A stretch of DNA of 64,000 nt, from positions 124,001 through 188,000 of the forward strand of contig MU626269.1 in assembly GCA_025603075.1 (NCBI GenBank), read 5' to 3'. The position numbers and the translations under genes are program-made. Position 1 is the stretch's first letter, and each line of letters begins with the position of its first letter. Origin of the DNA: Neoconidiobolus thromboides FSU 785. Its lineage: Eukaryota; Fungi; Entomophthoromycota. The notes under the pieces are model-generated. The model was given only the letters and a program-made list of their open reading frames with translations, was not told the origin of the DNA and searched no databases. This document shows, piece by piece, positions 1 through 13,856 of the stretch.

Positions 1-72
1 TTTCTATCTTTAAGCAGTATTTGAGTGGAAAAATTGTCAGTAAAATTCTTAAACACAAAAATATATCGCCAA
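1..72 (-). mobile_element. MITE-like repeat, partial copy (cut by window edge)
   Basis: Reverse complement of the family core TTTGTGTTTAAGAATTTTAC...CAAATA.. GCTTAAA. Confidence 0.85.
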
Positions 73-100
73 ATCATTATTTATAAATTAAGATTAAATT

Positions 101-204
101 TATGAAGATGTGTTTTTGTGTTTAAGGATTTTAATGACAATTTTTCCATTCAAATACTGCTTAAAGATAGAAAAAGTGATGAAGCTAAAAAAACATCCCT
201 TTAT
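101..204 (+). mobile_element. MITE-like repeat (~103 bp, TIR TATGGGGATGT...ACATCCCCATA)
   Basis: Matches the consensus of the other copies; degenerate TIRs. Confidence 0.85.
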
Positions 205-408
205 AAAAAGCATGTTTAATAAATTTAAAGTTATATGGTATATTATTTTAATTTAATAAAATATTTTTAATATTAAAAACAATATTAAAGCTAATTTGAA
301 TATTTAAAAAAGTATATATATTTTTTAAATATAAAAGTTTATAATGATTTTTTGTATAATAATTTTTATCAATACTTACTACACTGTATTTTGAAACCAT
401 TAAAATCT

Positions 409-411
<3 letters not shown>

Positions 412-439
<28 letters not shown>

Positions 440-445
440 TAAAAT
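412..445. repeat. (TAAAAA)n microsatellite
   Basis: Direct reading of tandem hexamers. Confidence 0.8.
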
Positions 446-1132
446 AGTGAAAATAATAAAAATATTATATTTAATTAGTCTTATCATCGCTTATAATAAT
501 AGAATTAAATATCTACAAAAACTTCAACTAAAGTCTTGAACTTTGGTATAATTTTTTATCTAAGCTTTGAAATATCTTATCAATTATAATAAAACTAAAA
601 AATTTATAATTAACATTGTACTGGTTTTTTTATATTATATAAGAAATCTTAAATTGCTAACATGTCAAATAGTCTCAAAATATTTTGAAAGCCTAAATTT
701 GCCTAAACTTTGGGAATTATAACTTCATCAATAGTGATGCTATAAATCCGATATTAGCATCGCTACATAGCCCTCAATGTAAGCTAATTTAAAAAAATGC
801 CTAATTTTATTATGTTTTAGTAAAAATAAAATGTTTCTCCGAAACCAGGGTCTCTTTTCCAGACAAATAGAGTATTTCAGAAATTGATTTCAATTTTGTT
901 AAAATTAATAGTTTATTATAATATTATCAGATTATTTTAAAATTCATTAGTTTAAAAAATTATTATTGCTATTATTTGAATTAACTTTCTTATTAATATT
1001 ATACCCTTAAAAATTAATATTGAAAATTGCAATGGTCATTTCAAATCATAGCTTAAATTAGAATATACAAAAATTAATTTTTATTAATGATATTAGAACT
1101 GTATAAAAAAAACATAACAAACAGTAGATCTG

Positions 1133-2131
1133 TTAACAATCGATACCAAACTGAGTATTCCAAGCTTGAACATGAGCTTCTCTTAATACAAAATCAAAGT
1201 TAATTTTAGTACACGTTGGATCTTCTAAATATTTATTATCACAATAAGTACTACTACCATCTTTTTCAATAAATAATTCATTGCCAAAATGTTGATAATT
1301 TAAAGTTCTAAAGATAAATAAAACGGATTTATCATTAAAATTGACTACTCTAGTAATTTCAAAATCTTGTTGATTAATCCATTTAGCAAATTCTTTATTT
1401 CCCATTCTCATTTGACCATAAGTAAATACTCGCATTTGATTCCATTCTACTCCTACTTCTTGTCGAACAACAACAGCAGTTAAACTGGCTATAGATCCAC
1501 CAATCGAATGGCCTGTTATTAGTAATTTATAATCACTATATTCTTCTAATAATTCAGTTAATGCTTTTCGATATTGAGTGTATAATCGAAATGCAATTGA
1601 ATGCATTAAGGCATGTACTGATATTGCATTCGTTCTTATATTGGTATTATTGTTTCCAGGTTGATTAACGTTTAATGGTAACAAAACACTTGGATAGATA
1701 AATAATTTGTTGCTTTGAGGTCTTTCTCCTGCAAAAGATAATACAATTTCTTTACGTTCCGATACAACGGCTAAATACCCTTTAACTCCAGATAATAAAT
1801 CTCGATAAACACCACGTACTATTACAGAAGATGTTGGTGGTGTGTCTTGAGTTCCCTCTAATGTAGCTTGACAATATGGTTTACAATTAAATCTCTTGAC
1901 CCCTTCATCTTCACAATAAGAAGCCCCAGCTAAATTGGTATAATATTTGGCATCTGCTATGGTACTCACTCGTATTTTCACATATCCTCGGTTTTCAAAT
2001 TCATCACTTAGATGAACAGGAATAATGGAGCCTAATCGTGCTCCACCAATATCATCCACCACTTCACCTAAGTAGCCACAATGGCAGAAATGGAAAGATG
2101 TTAGTAAAAGTAGTAATAGAGTGTTATACAT
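1133..2131 (-). CDS. Secreted class-3 lipase (alpha/beta hydrolase), intronless
   Basis: Hydrophobic N-terminal signal; AAYC-like ASYC; GHSIGG nucleophile elbow; TYGQMRMGN; RVVNFND (catalytic Asp); C-terminal His (AHVQAW). Confidence 0.9.
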   Translation of the reverse strand: MYNTLLLLLLTSFHFCHCGYLGEVVDDIGGARLGSIIPVHLSDEFENRGYVKIRVSTIADAKYYTNLAGASYCEDEGVKRFNCKPYCQATLEGTQDTPPTSSVIVRGVYRDLLSGVKGYLAVVSERKEIVLSFAGERPQSNKLFIYPSVLLPLNVNQPGNNNTNIRTNAISVHALMHSIAFRLYTQYRKALTELLEEYSDYKLLITGHSIGGSIASLTAVVVRQEVGVEWNQMRVFTYGQMRMGNKEFAKWINQQDFEITRVVNFNDKSVLFIFRTLNYQHFGNELFIEKDGSSTYCDNKYLEDPTCTKINFDFVLREAHVQAWNTQFGIDC

Positions 2132-2763
2132 AGGGAAGTTAATTCAACTTAATAAGTTTTAAAACTGGTGATATGGTAAAAATTGTTGGGCTTTTATACT
2201 ATTGATTTTTTGTACTTTATTTCTGTTGTGATGATGGGTTTATTATTATTATTATTATTATTCATTATGTTAGTCTAGTTGAACTGAATTGATAGTAATA
2301 ACGGATATTAATGGAATTTGAGCGTTCAAACTAACATTATATATTTTTTAAAATGGCTTAGATTACTTAATTTAGTAATTTTTAAAAAAAATTGTTGACG
2401 TTAATTTTTAACGGTGGGTTTATAATAGAATTTAGTATTGCCTTTTTTTACATCTAAAAAATTACAGTTAATTGTTGATTCATTTAATATTAAATAGTTA
2501 AAATTTGTTAATTTGAATAATGATCCAATTAAATACAATAATTTTATAATAATAGAAAGTTATCATTTTATTTATATTTCGTAATAATATTTTGATGACA
2601 AAAAAATAGTCCGTAACAAAACTTCCTTTAAACAATTACAATTATACTATTATCGCATTCCATATATCAACAAGCAGCTAATATACTAATTAACTTTATT
2701 ATTTTTCAAAACGGTAATAATTTAATAAAAAAAATTCCAATTATTATATTAATAAATATTCTA

Positions 2764-5700
2764 TTAATTTGTTATAGTATTAGTAGTTGTTGATTCATTA
2801 GTATCCATAGTTGGTATTTTCCCAAATCCAGGTAAGTTGAATAAATTCGATTTAGGTCGATCTCCCCTCTTTCTTCTTAATCCAGATCTTAATTCCCTTA
2901 TTGCTACATCAAAATCACCTTGACCAAAACCAATACTTTTGGTATCTTGATTAGAAATCTATTTTAAAATTAAATTAAATTAAATATGTTCCTGTTATAA
3001 TAATAATATAAAAAGAAGAATTTACTTTAGCTTGATGATTGACTAATTTATTAACTTTTTTAGCTCTCAATTTAATATTTTCATTGTGTGCTAACTATTA
3101 AAAAAAAAGGATTATTGTTAATATCTTTTAAATATCAAAATTCTATAAAATGATTAAAATCTTACTTCTAAAGCATCCAAAAAAGAAATTATTAAATTAA
3201 AGAAATCTTCTGGTTTAGTAGAAGATGAATCTTCACCAAAATAAGTTAATAATTCTTCTAAATTTGATTCTAATTTTTCTCCATTTTCTTTAATACTCTT
3301 AGAAATCGAAGAACCACTAGCAATAAATTTCTAATTAAATTTTAATTATTAATGAATTTTTAATGTTAATTATTATCAAATGATTAATTGTCTTACTTCC
3401 ATAACCTCAATAAACCTATCATTTTCAGGTTTTAATATTAATTTTTTATGTTGTTGAATTTCAGTTTCAATTCTTTTTACTCCTTGTGTTAAAGAATAAA
3501 TATTATTGGCTAAGGTAGCAACAGAAACTATAAAATAAAAACATCAATTGTTAGTTATAACAAATAATTTAATTGATTAATTAATTAGTTTACTTCTTGC
3601 TGCTGCTTCGATTGTTTTAAAGTCTTCTTTTAATTTTAATATATCTTTCCAATGATCTTCTAACATTTGACAAATATAATGTAAGAATGAAGTTATTGGT
3701 CGATTTGATGTGGTTGTATTCGCTTTAACATCTTTAAGCTAAATAATAATAACAATTATTATTGTGTTTTATTATAATTATATATATTAATAGTTAATTT
3801 GATTCTTACCAATCTTAAAGCTTCTAACTTAAAACCTTTGGCTTCTCCCCTTGGTGTATTGGCATTTAAATAATTACCAAGTGATAAAATAATCTAAATT
3901 TAATATGTTAAAGTTTTAATATTATTATTATTTAGTATTAGTTTACCTCTAATAAAATAGATAATCTTTTAGAAGTTTTAAGTTCAATGATTACTTGATT
4001 TAAAGTAGTTAATTCCTAAATAAAGTATAAAATTAATCATTAGTTTAATATCTTTATAAACACTAAAACTTTACTGGCTTAATATCTTGTAGATCAGAAT
4101 CAAATTTTCTTCGAAATATCATACAATTTAACCTTTCCGATAACCTTGGAATATCTAATATCTATTATGTTATAAAATTAAAGTTAATCTCCTTTACAAA
4201 CTATTCTTGTATAAATATAAAATTATTTACTTGTAACATATACTTCTCGGCAGTACCTAAAGTTTCTATTGTACCATTATAACTCTTGACAATTTTTATC
4301 TAAAAAATACATTCATTAAATCCATCATTTTTGAAAATAATAGTGTTAATTATTTTTTTGAATTACCTCATCTTGAGTAGGAGCAATATTTTCTAAAGAC
4401 CTTAAATTGTCAATAGATAGTCTTGTATCATTAATTTCTAATATAGCTAATCTAATAGCAGGAAAAGGCATTTTCATTCTAGCTAAAGCAATAGCTAAAA
4501 AACAATATAAATTTAATCCAATCAAATAACAAATCAATGTATTTTAAATAAAGGTTAATTTAATTTAAACTTACCAATATTGTTTGCTCTATTAAAATCT
4601 AACAATGTTATACTCTTTTTACCCTTCAATTTACGACCAATACTAGAGTATCCAGATCCTGGTTTTTTAGTTATTTTTTTGCAAAATAATAATTCAATTT
4701 CTTCAAAATCCATTTTTTTATAAATTTTATCTAGCTCCATATTTTCCCAAATTGTATCTCTTACTCTTCCATTACCAATTTTTTTCCAAAATAATGCCTA
4801 TTAATACATATTAATACATATTAATACATATTCTATGTTATATATTATTTGGTTTACTTTCATAGGTACTTTTGGTTTAATTGCTATATTTTTTTGACTT
4901 TGTGATGAAATACCCAATAAATTTTCTCCTGTTCCATTAGGCGGAGGTGGTGGAATACCTGTTGGCAATATTTTTGTATTATCTTCAGTTAATTTTTGTA
5001 ATATAGAAGACATTGGAGGTGGTGGTGGTGGTGGTAATAAAGTAGATTTTGTTACTTTATGATTACTAGTTAATGGTAAAGGTGGTGGTGGTGGTGGTGG
5101 TAAAGATCCAGTTGATTTGTTAAATATTGGTGGTGATAATAAAGGTGGCGGTGGTGGTATTTTATTATTATTTGGTGGTAAAGGTGGTGGTGGTGGTATA
5201 TTAAGTGGTATTATATTGCTATTAGTACTATTTAATTTAGATTGAGATGTATTAGTAAACTGTGGAAGTGGCGGTGGAGGCGGTGGTAATGGTATTGCTT
5301 TTGTTGGTATTAGATTATTATCATTTATATTACTTTCTTCTAAAATATTGTTGCTTTTCTTCCAATTTTGAATTTCAATTTCCTTTTCTTTTAATTTGTT
5401 ATTTTGTTCATCTACCTGCAATTCCAACCTTGAAATAGAAGCTTGCAATTCATTAGCCCTATTCTCCAAATCTTCCTTGACTGCCAATTTCTCCCTTGCC
5501 TCTTCCAATTCAGCTTGTAATATTTGAACATCAGTAACACTTAATAAATCGGTTATACCATTATTAATCTCCATTGAATTGTTTTTTGTATCATTGAAAT
5601 TATTGTTATTATTCTCTGGAACATACTCATTAATTTTTAATTGAAATTTAGCACATACTGCTTCAAGAGAGCGTTTTAAATAAGCAATTTCTTTTTGTTT

Positions 5701-8700
5701 AGAATCTAAATTTGAAGTTAATTCCTTATTCTGTTGTTTTTGTAAGTCCAGTTCATCTTTTATAGCTGATCTCGAAAATTCAGGTAATTTACTACTTTCC
5801 AAAAGGCTATTATTACCCTATTAAAATAATAAAAATAAGAATAAAAATAAGAATAAAAATTATTTTTAAAATAATAATAAATAATACTTACTTTAATATT
5901 AGCTAATCGATCAATTCTCTCATTTAATTTTGAAATTTCTTTTTCTTTTTGAATTAATTTTTGAACCAAGGTAGTAAAATTCTAATTAAATTTAAAAAAA
6001 AATTAATTTCTCATATTTTATCAAATAATAAATCAATAAATCAATTCACTTACATCTTTTGGACTTTTTGAAAAATCAATATCTTCGCTGCCTTTATTTT
6101 TTTGTTCAATAAAATAATTAATAATTGCAATCTCTTTTAATTCTTTTAATTCTAATTCACTATTTTCCAATTTTTCTTTAGTATCCTTTAACTCTTGTTC
6201 ATATTTCTTATATCCTTGCATCTCCAATTGAAATTCCTCTGATAATTCCAATACATCTCTAATATTCAATCCTACAAATTCTTTAGCTTCTTCAAAGAAT
6301 GGTAATAAAGATGAATTATAATCTTCAATATCTTTTAAGTTTAACATATGATGACAAAACATGTCAATTAAATTACAGATTTCATATCTTAATTCATCTT
6401 GATATTCATTATTTAATAAATTACTTAAATGACTAATAATTTCGTTAATAATTGTCCTTAATACAGATTCTCCAGATAATTGTTTTATATTGTTAGATAA
6501 TTTTAATAAGGGGTGGTTTTTGTCATCATCTAATGTTTGAATTAATATTTGTTCTTTTAATTCATTTTTATCCGCTTCTAATTCTTCTTCATAACATTCA
6601 ATTTGTTTAACTAAAGATTCCGGAGGATAAGATTCTCTTAATTCCTATTTAAAAAAATTTAAAAAAGGAATTAATACTTCTAATAAATAATAACTTACCT
6701 GAAATACCACCTTCAATCCTCTACGATGAAATTCTTCTCTTAATAACATTCTTTCATCTAAGGATTCTGGTGTATTAACCAAGGCATTAATAAATGATAA
6801 ACAAGTGGTTTTATATTCATAAGCTGCAATGGCTGATATACCCTCTAATGAAACATGAGCTTCTAAAGAATGTAAAAGATATTGAAACCTATAATCCTCA
6901 TGAAATTTCAATCGAAAATCGGCTAAAGAATCTAATATTTGCATATGGCCTTGTTTCGAAAGTACACAAATAGCTGCCAACACTTCCGTCGATATTTTAC
7001 GAATTTTATCATTTTGGGTATTAATTGAAAAGGTTAAATATTTAACAATTTCTGGATGTTTTAAAACTTCGTGAAACCCAGATTCCGTATTTAATAATAC
7101 TCTTAAACACCTTATACATTCTAAATGAATATCTTCATCTATATCTTGTATTTTAATACTATTACTTTGATCTACAATGGATATATTTTTTTCAATATAT
7201 TTCATCAATAATGTCTCAATCCCTAATAAGGCCGTACCATCTTCTAAAAAGGATCGTACCCAAGTGACTGCTGCTGTAGATAAATGAATTCTTAAAGATT
7301 GTAATAATTTAAATGTTTCATTGGAGGATAAATTTTTACTACTTAAAAATTTTAAATAATAATCTGTTGATCCTGGAACACAATTACTATTATTAGAAAA
7401 TAAGGAACCAAAGATAAAATTCGATATTCCACTTGTTGCTGGTGTTGTTGTTGTTGTTGTTGGACGCTCAGTTGTAAGTATGCTTTCTAAGCTAGCTTGT
7501 GCAGCACTCGATGAATTGTCATTATTATTACTGTTGATAGTATTAATACTAACAATACTATTTGGTCTTGTCATAGACATTGGCTGTGGTGGTGAAGTAG
7601 CTGAATTGGGTGATTTCATTTTACGTACCATTTCATTTTGTTCAATTAATTCTAATTTCTTACTAGCTGGGAATTCCATCATTTTTTCCCTTATTGCATC
7701 TTTAATGTTTAATTCATCCTAATAAAATTAAATAAAATAACTCTAATTTAAATTATGTTCTATTTCAATATAAAAACTTACTAAAACTTCTAAAAATGCT
7801 TTATCTAATTCATTTAGCTCATCTTCTAATTCCAATTGTTCTTGATTAACATCTTCTTGAATTTCAGATTGAATTTCGCTTTCTTCAGTAGTTGGTAACC
7901 TCTCTCTTTGCTTTAAGCCTCTAGTAATTGGATACGTGTTAGCCCAATCCATAGAGTTGTTATTATTATCCAGGTCGGTTTGTCTCCTTAATTTACCCAC
8001 ATCTCCACTAATCCAAGTAGTTATTGTTGATAAATCAATACCCGTTTCAGAATCTTTACCAGATAAGGACATATGTCGTACCATCCTCGATGGTGAAGCA
8101 ATTCTTCTTTTAATTAAATTTTCATGTCTTGTTGCTTCCGCTGTTTTCTTTTCTGAATTATTATTACCACCAAAAAAAGTATAAACTGACAATGGACGGG
8201 CTAAATTTTTGGTTAATTTAGAAGTCATAGAACCCATCTTCGTATACCAATTTTCCGGTAGTCCATAATGAAATTTATAATCTAATAGAATATTATTTTC
8301 AATATCCAAATTTAAATTGGTCATTAAATTATATATTGTATCTTCTAAATTAACTATTATTGTTTCTTTATTTTCTTCTGAGTTGATTTTGATTAAACTA
8401 ATTTCCCTTGCTAATTCCAGGTTTACTTCTCCACTTCTAGTACTTAAACTTTCGTCAACAATTTTAATTAAATTGTTAAATGACATATGTTCATCAATAT
8501 AAAATTCCATATCAATAATGTCTTGATTATCCGTTCCTTTTTGTATTTGTAATTTAATAGTTAATTTAGTATCCACTATTTTAAAGCAAGGTTTATGTAA
8601 ATATTGGGATAAATCATGAATATCTTGAACAGATTGAGAAGATAAACCTTCTGCTTTGACCGCTTGTAATTTCACTTTTTCTAAGATTGGAAATATTTTT

Positions 8701-8981
8701 TCTTGATTCTGTAAATATCTAGTGTTTCCATCAACAATTTCTTCTTCTAATAATAATTCATTAGAATCTTGTTTTGATAAAACCTCTAAACAACCAGTAT
8801 TATCTTCCATTGAAATTAAGATCACTTTCCAACTTGTAGTATCCATTTCTAAACTTTCATCTCCTCTAATTTCTTGTAAAACTAAATGAATCAAATCCAA
8901 GGCATTAGCTCCTTCTTCTAAAAATACTACTTTAACACTACTATCTACAAGTAATACTTGAACTATATCTTGTTTTCCCAT
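2764..8981 (-). CDS. Diaphanous-related formin (N-terminal extension, GBD/FH3, coiled coil, FH1, FH2, DAD), multi-exon; start codon uncertain
   Basis: ORF pieces join through GT-AG introns (e.g. 7781..7719, 6698..6645); GBD 'KKLELIEQN'; FH3 'CLSFINALVNTPESLDERMLLREEF'; polyproline FH1 at ~4940-5290; FH2 motifs; last exon DAD-like 'GDFDVAIRELRSGLRRKR'; stop TAA at 2764-2766. Confidence 0.9.
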
Positions 8982-9775
8982 ATAAAAATTGATTAATTGA
9001 TTAAAAATGGATATTGATATTTAATGAATTAATTAAGCCGATGAAATAAAAAATATAATTTATGCTTTTAAAAAGTTCATTTTTTGATGGCTGGGTAATT
9101 TTTTCGTAAGATGAAATCAACCAATTAAATTGAATGTTACTAGAATTTGTTGGTAAAGTGGCACTTGGCATTAAAATGGTATTGATAGTAGATTTTGTAA
9201 TGATATTTTTGGGAGGATAAGAGTGGGAGTGAATTATATTTCATTAATATCGATGTCTTTGTTGCATGGAGATTTAGTTATATGACTTTTTAATAAGTAT
9301 ATATTATAATATTATTTTTGATAAATAATATTATTTGTAATTTGATAAATTAAAAAACTTATAAAAAAGCTTTATTAGCATTAATAAGCACCTTTAAGGT
9401 ATTAAATCAATAGTTATTGTGATCGATTGATAGTATACTAATAATAAGCTTGATTAATAATCTTTTTATATGCTTGTTTTTTATTTAAATTACACCTGTT
9501 TAAATAAAGTGTCATTATAAACATCAAATATTAACAACTTCTTTCATAAAAATAATAATGTTATCATAATCATTATAGTTATATAACTAATCAAACTATT
9601 TATCAATATTTTTCATTAAAAAACTTACTACTTTAATACAATTACTAGTTATAAATAAATATTCATTGAAAAATATTAAAATAGCTCATAAATAAATTTT
9701 AATTTATTAAAATGAATTATGTTGAAAGTAAACAGATATTCGATTTTTTTCATTATTTATTACATTTTTATATTG

Positions 9776-9880
9776 TATGAGGGTATATTTTTGTATTTAA
9801 GAATTTTACTAACAAATTTTCCGCTTAAATAGTGCTTAAAAAATGGAAGAAATAATGAAGTCAAAAAAAACACTCCCATA
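9776..9880 (+). mobile_element. MITE-like repeat copy
   Basis: Matches family consensus; right end CACTCCCATA. Confidence 0.9.
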
Positions 9881-10749
9881 TAATATAATCACCCACTTTC
9901 ATAAGAGTTAACTTGCTTACAGATCTAATTTTAAACTATTATTCCTCTCAAGCTTTACTGATTAGCTCTCTTCATTAATCATCGTCCATAAACTCCACAT
10001 AAAACAAAAGGCTAAACATTCATCCCATTATAATATTATCCACTATAGTGGTAAGATGTTCTTAAATATTAATTTTTATAATAACTATTATTTGAATTAA
10101 TTTTATTTTTAGAAAGTTTTGTGATAACTCGAACACTAAGTTTATAGCTAAAAATAGTTTCTATAAAAAAAATGAAAGTCAATTAATCTTCACCCAGATT
10201 AATTATAAAAGAGAAAATAAAGGAAAGAGTTCTACTTCAAGTGATGAAATATTCGATTGATAACTGTCCTTCACAATTAAAATTTTAATTAGTTTAATTA
10301 AACATGAGTTAATTGAGATTAAATAGTTAAATTAAATGGCTTTATATTAATTTGAGTTTAAATTTATTACATAATCTAATCAAAGGATTACTTTGAATGT
10401 TTTTAAAAGTAGAAACTTGAACTGCTTGTTTTAAGTTTAAACTTAACTTTGAAAATAAAAAGCCGCTAGAACCAATCAAATAGCTAATTAAGTTAATTCA
10501 ATGGGAGTAGACCCAGTCAATTAAGTTCATTTACCAATGAGCTATTAATTTCAAATCATGACAATAGTTTCAATTCAACCCTTTAAAATAATATTTGGAA
10601 TTCTAAGAATAAGAATAAATTTAAAGAAAAATTAAGTTTAATTTTTTAACTTTTTAAATATATTAATCTACTCATTATTTAAATCTTCATTAAATCTTAA
10701 TTAATAATACTAATCACTAATCATTGTATAATAAAAGCAACAAATCAAA

Positions 10750-11912
10750 ATGGAAAATAAATTAGCCCCCGCCAAATTAAGTCGATTACCACCAAATGAA
10801 AAAAGCCATGCATTAAGTTCTTTATTTAAGTTACCGAATCCATTTAGTAAGAGTAGTAATAATTTATTAGCTAAAAAAGAGAAAGAAGAAAGTTTTAAAA
10901 TTATAAGAAATAGTCGTCACGATCGAAAAAAGAGTATGGAAGCTAATTATAAATTGAATCCTAATTCCGCTTATTCTCAACCACTTCAACATAGTCAGCA
11001 ATGTCATCAAAGTAAAGAAGTTGAAAATAAATTATTTAAACCAATGAAGTTATCCCCAAACAATGGCTTAAGTCCCTTAGATGCTATTAAATTAAGGGCT
11101 GAAATGGAATTACAAAAAGAAAAATATCATGCCAATAAAACCGTTTTAAATTCAGTTATTGATACTAATGAAACCGAGTACGGATTAGATTTAACTTGGG
11201 CTAAAGAATTAGAAAATATAACTCAAGAATTAAATCAATTTGAAGTTCAAATTGGTGTTGATAAAAGAAAATCCATAGCTCATTTTTGTTCAACAGCTAG
11301 TCCAACCCCACCTTTTTCTCAACCTAATATTAAATATAATAAAAATGCACATTTAAAACCAGAGCAAGCACAAATAAGACCTTCAATTAAATTACAACAT
11401 AGCAATAATAATAGTATAAGCAACATTTCATCATCACCCATAAATTTTCATCGATATTCTAATTATTTACCAAGAAGTAGTAACAATTTAATATTAAATG
11501 AAAACAATATGTCTCCACCCCCAAAGATCAAAAATGCACGCTCTAATCCTAATTTCAAAGAGAAAATCGAGTTTTCGATAGTTACTCCAATGAGCTCGAT
11601 TGAAGCTTCACCTGCTTCTAATTTACAAATGCCATCATTTACATCAAATACTACTATTACTAGTTCTAGTTCATCAAGTTCCAGTTTTAATTTAGTGGGT
11701 AAAATGGAAAGCGTAGAAAGTCTTAAAAGAGAATTAGCTTGGGAAAAAAGAAGTCGAATGACACTTGAAAATCAATTATTAAAAGAAAAAGAGGTAATTA
11801 CTTTTTATTTATTTTTTTGATCATGTTAATGAGTATTGATCTTTCTTTTTAGAAAAATCATATGTTGCAAGAAGAGGTTAGGTATTTAAAAAATTTGGTT
11901 AATAAGAAGTAA
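10750..11912 (+). CDS. Hypothetical Ser/Asn/Pro-rich protein with C-terminal coiled coil (2 exons)
   Basis: 356-codon ORF; GT-AG intron 11794-11852 gives an in-frame final exon KNHMLQEEVRYLKNLVNKK*. Confidence 0.7.
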
Positions 11913-12183
11913 ACCTCATATGAAAGTCTGTTTTTTATGTTCTGGTAATCTTAGATCTGAAATTATGTTATTCTATTGAACTAATCTCTTTCTATTTTAA
12001 TAATATTAATATTTTATTATTATTATTATTATTATTTAATCTTTTTATTTTTTTATTGATGTAATAAATAGTAATATTTTATAAAAAATTGTATATTTTC
12101 AACCAATTAAATTTAAATATGCAATTTTAGAAATTTCCTTGAAGTTGTTTTTTTACAATTTAAATCATCACTTTTTTATTGAA

Positions 12184-13371
12184 ATGAATGAAAACTTAAT
12201 TGAAGAAATTAAAGATAATCATTTAACAAGTGATTCGGAAGAAGAAATTATTAATAATGACGATGGTAAAGTTGAAGAAATTGTAGATCCCTTAGAAGAC
12301 TTTCCATTAGATATTGAGGTAATTTCTTTTTTTAATAATTTAAAATCAAAAATTTAAATTCTAATTTCATTAAATGATTAGGATATTGAGTTAGTTCATT
12401 TAAGAATATTAAGTATTCAAGCTTTAAATCTATCAAGATTTAAAAATTTAAAAGTAGTTTAATTAAATTTAATGAGATTAATAATAATAGTAATACTAAT
12501 CTCATTTAGAATATTTACCTCCGTCAAAATTTATTAACTGATATAGATGGATTACAAGACTTAGACTTATTAACTGAGCTTGACCTTTATGATAATCGTA
12601 TCAAAAAGATCAAAAATGTATCCCATTTAACCTCTCTGACAACATTAGATTTATCCTTTAACAAGATCAAACTCATTGAAAACATATCCACTTTGACTAA
12701 TTTAGAACATCTATATTTAGTAAGTAATAGAATAAGTAAGATTGAAAACTTGGACACTATGAATCAATTAATCAACTTAGAATTGGGTGATAATAAACTA
12801 AGAAAGATTGAAAATTTAGAAAAATTAAGTAAATTACAACAGTTATGGCTAGGCAAAAATAAAATAGTAAAGTTTGAAAATTTGGATATGTTAAAAAATT
12901 TAAAGATATTATCTATTCAATCAAATCGACTTACTTCGCTTCATGGTTTACAAGGTTTGACTAATTTAGAAGAATTGTATGTGTCTCATAATGCTATTGA
13001 AAAAATTGAAGGTTTAGATAATCTGGTAAGTTTTATATTTTAGATAATAATAGATTAAATATGAGATAAGATATTAACTTTGTGTCTTATATTAGCTTAA
13101 CCTACGTGTATTTGATATAGCCAACAATAAAATCAATAAGTTAGAAAACATAAATCATTTAGTTAATTTAGAAGAATTTTGGGCCAATGGAAATCAATTA
13201 GATTCTTTTAAAGATTTAGAAACTCAATTTTCAAATTTAGTCAATATTGAAACTGTGTATTTGGAAAACAACCCGTTACAAAAAGCAAGTCCTACTGCTT
13301 ATAGAAGAAAAGTTAAACTTGCTTTACCTTCCTCTTTAAAACAAATTGATGCTACTCTCTGTGCTTTGTAA
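12184..13371 (+). CDS. SDS22: Protein phosphatase 1 regulatory subunit Sds22 (LRR), 4 exons
   Basis: Tandem SDS22-type LRRs (LDLYDNRIKKI, LDLSFNKIKLI, LELGDNKLRKIENL, LWLGKNKI, LSIQSNRL); LRRcap 'YLENNPLQ...YRRKVKLAL...LKQIDAT'. Confidence 0.92.
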
Positions 13372-13753
13372 TGGGGTAAAACTTGTTATTACAAAGATTA
13401 ATCCGTCAGGAGAGATTACTTTTTATCAAAACTAAATGATAATACTGTAGATTTTATTTTGAGTTTTATTAATTTTATATTATGTTTATATTATAATATA
13501 TATAAAGTTGAACTTTTCTTTCTTATACTATAGTATTTGGATAATTTTTTGTATTTTATTAAGGATATTAAAACTTATATTAAACTTCAATAGCACGATT
13601 AAATTCAAACTAAAAAATGATAGAACACTTTAATTTTAATTTACTTATTAATTTATATCTATAAAATATTAAGATAAAATACTATTATTGATTATAATCA
13701 TGGTCGTATTAAAGCTAATTCTACTAAAATTTACTAATTAATAAAGCTTATTA

Positions 13754-13856
13754 TATGGAGATAATTTTTTTAGTTTTATTACTTTTTGCATCTTTTAAGC
13801 GTTATTTAAGCGGAAAATTTGAGTAAAATTCTTAAACACAAAAATACATCCCGCAT
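13754..13856 (-). mobile_element. MITE-like repeat copy
   Basis: Reverse-complement match to consensus. Confidence 0.85.

Noticed and set aside
7480-8502. Plus-strand ORFs 7480-7722, 7936-8184 and 8317-8502
   Set aside because: Antisense shadows of the formin exons
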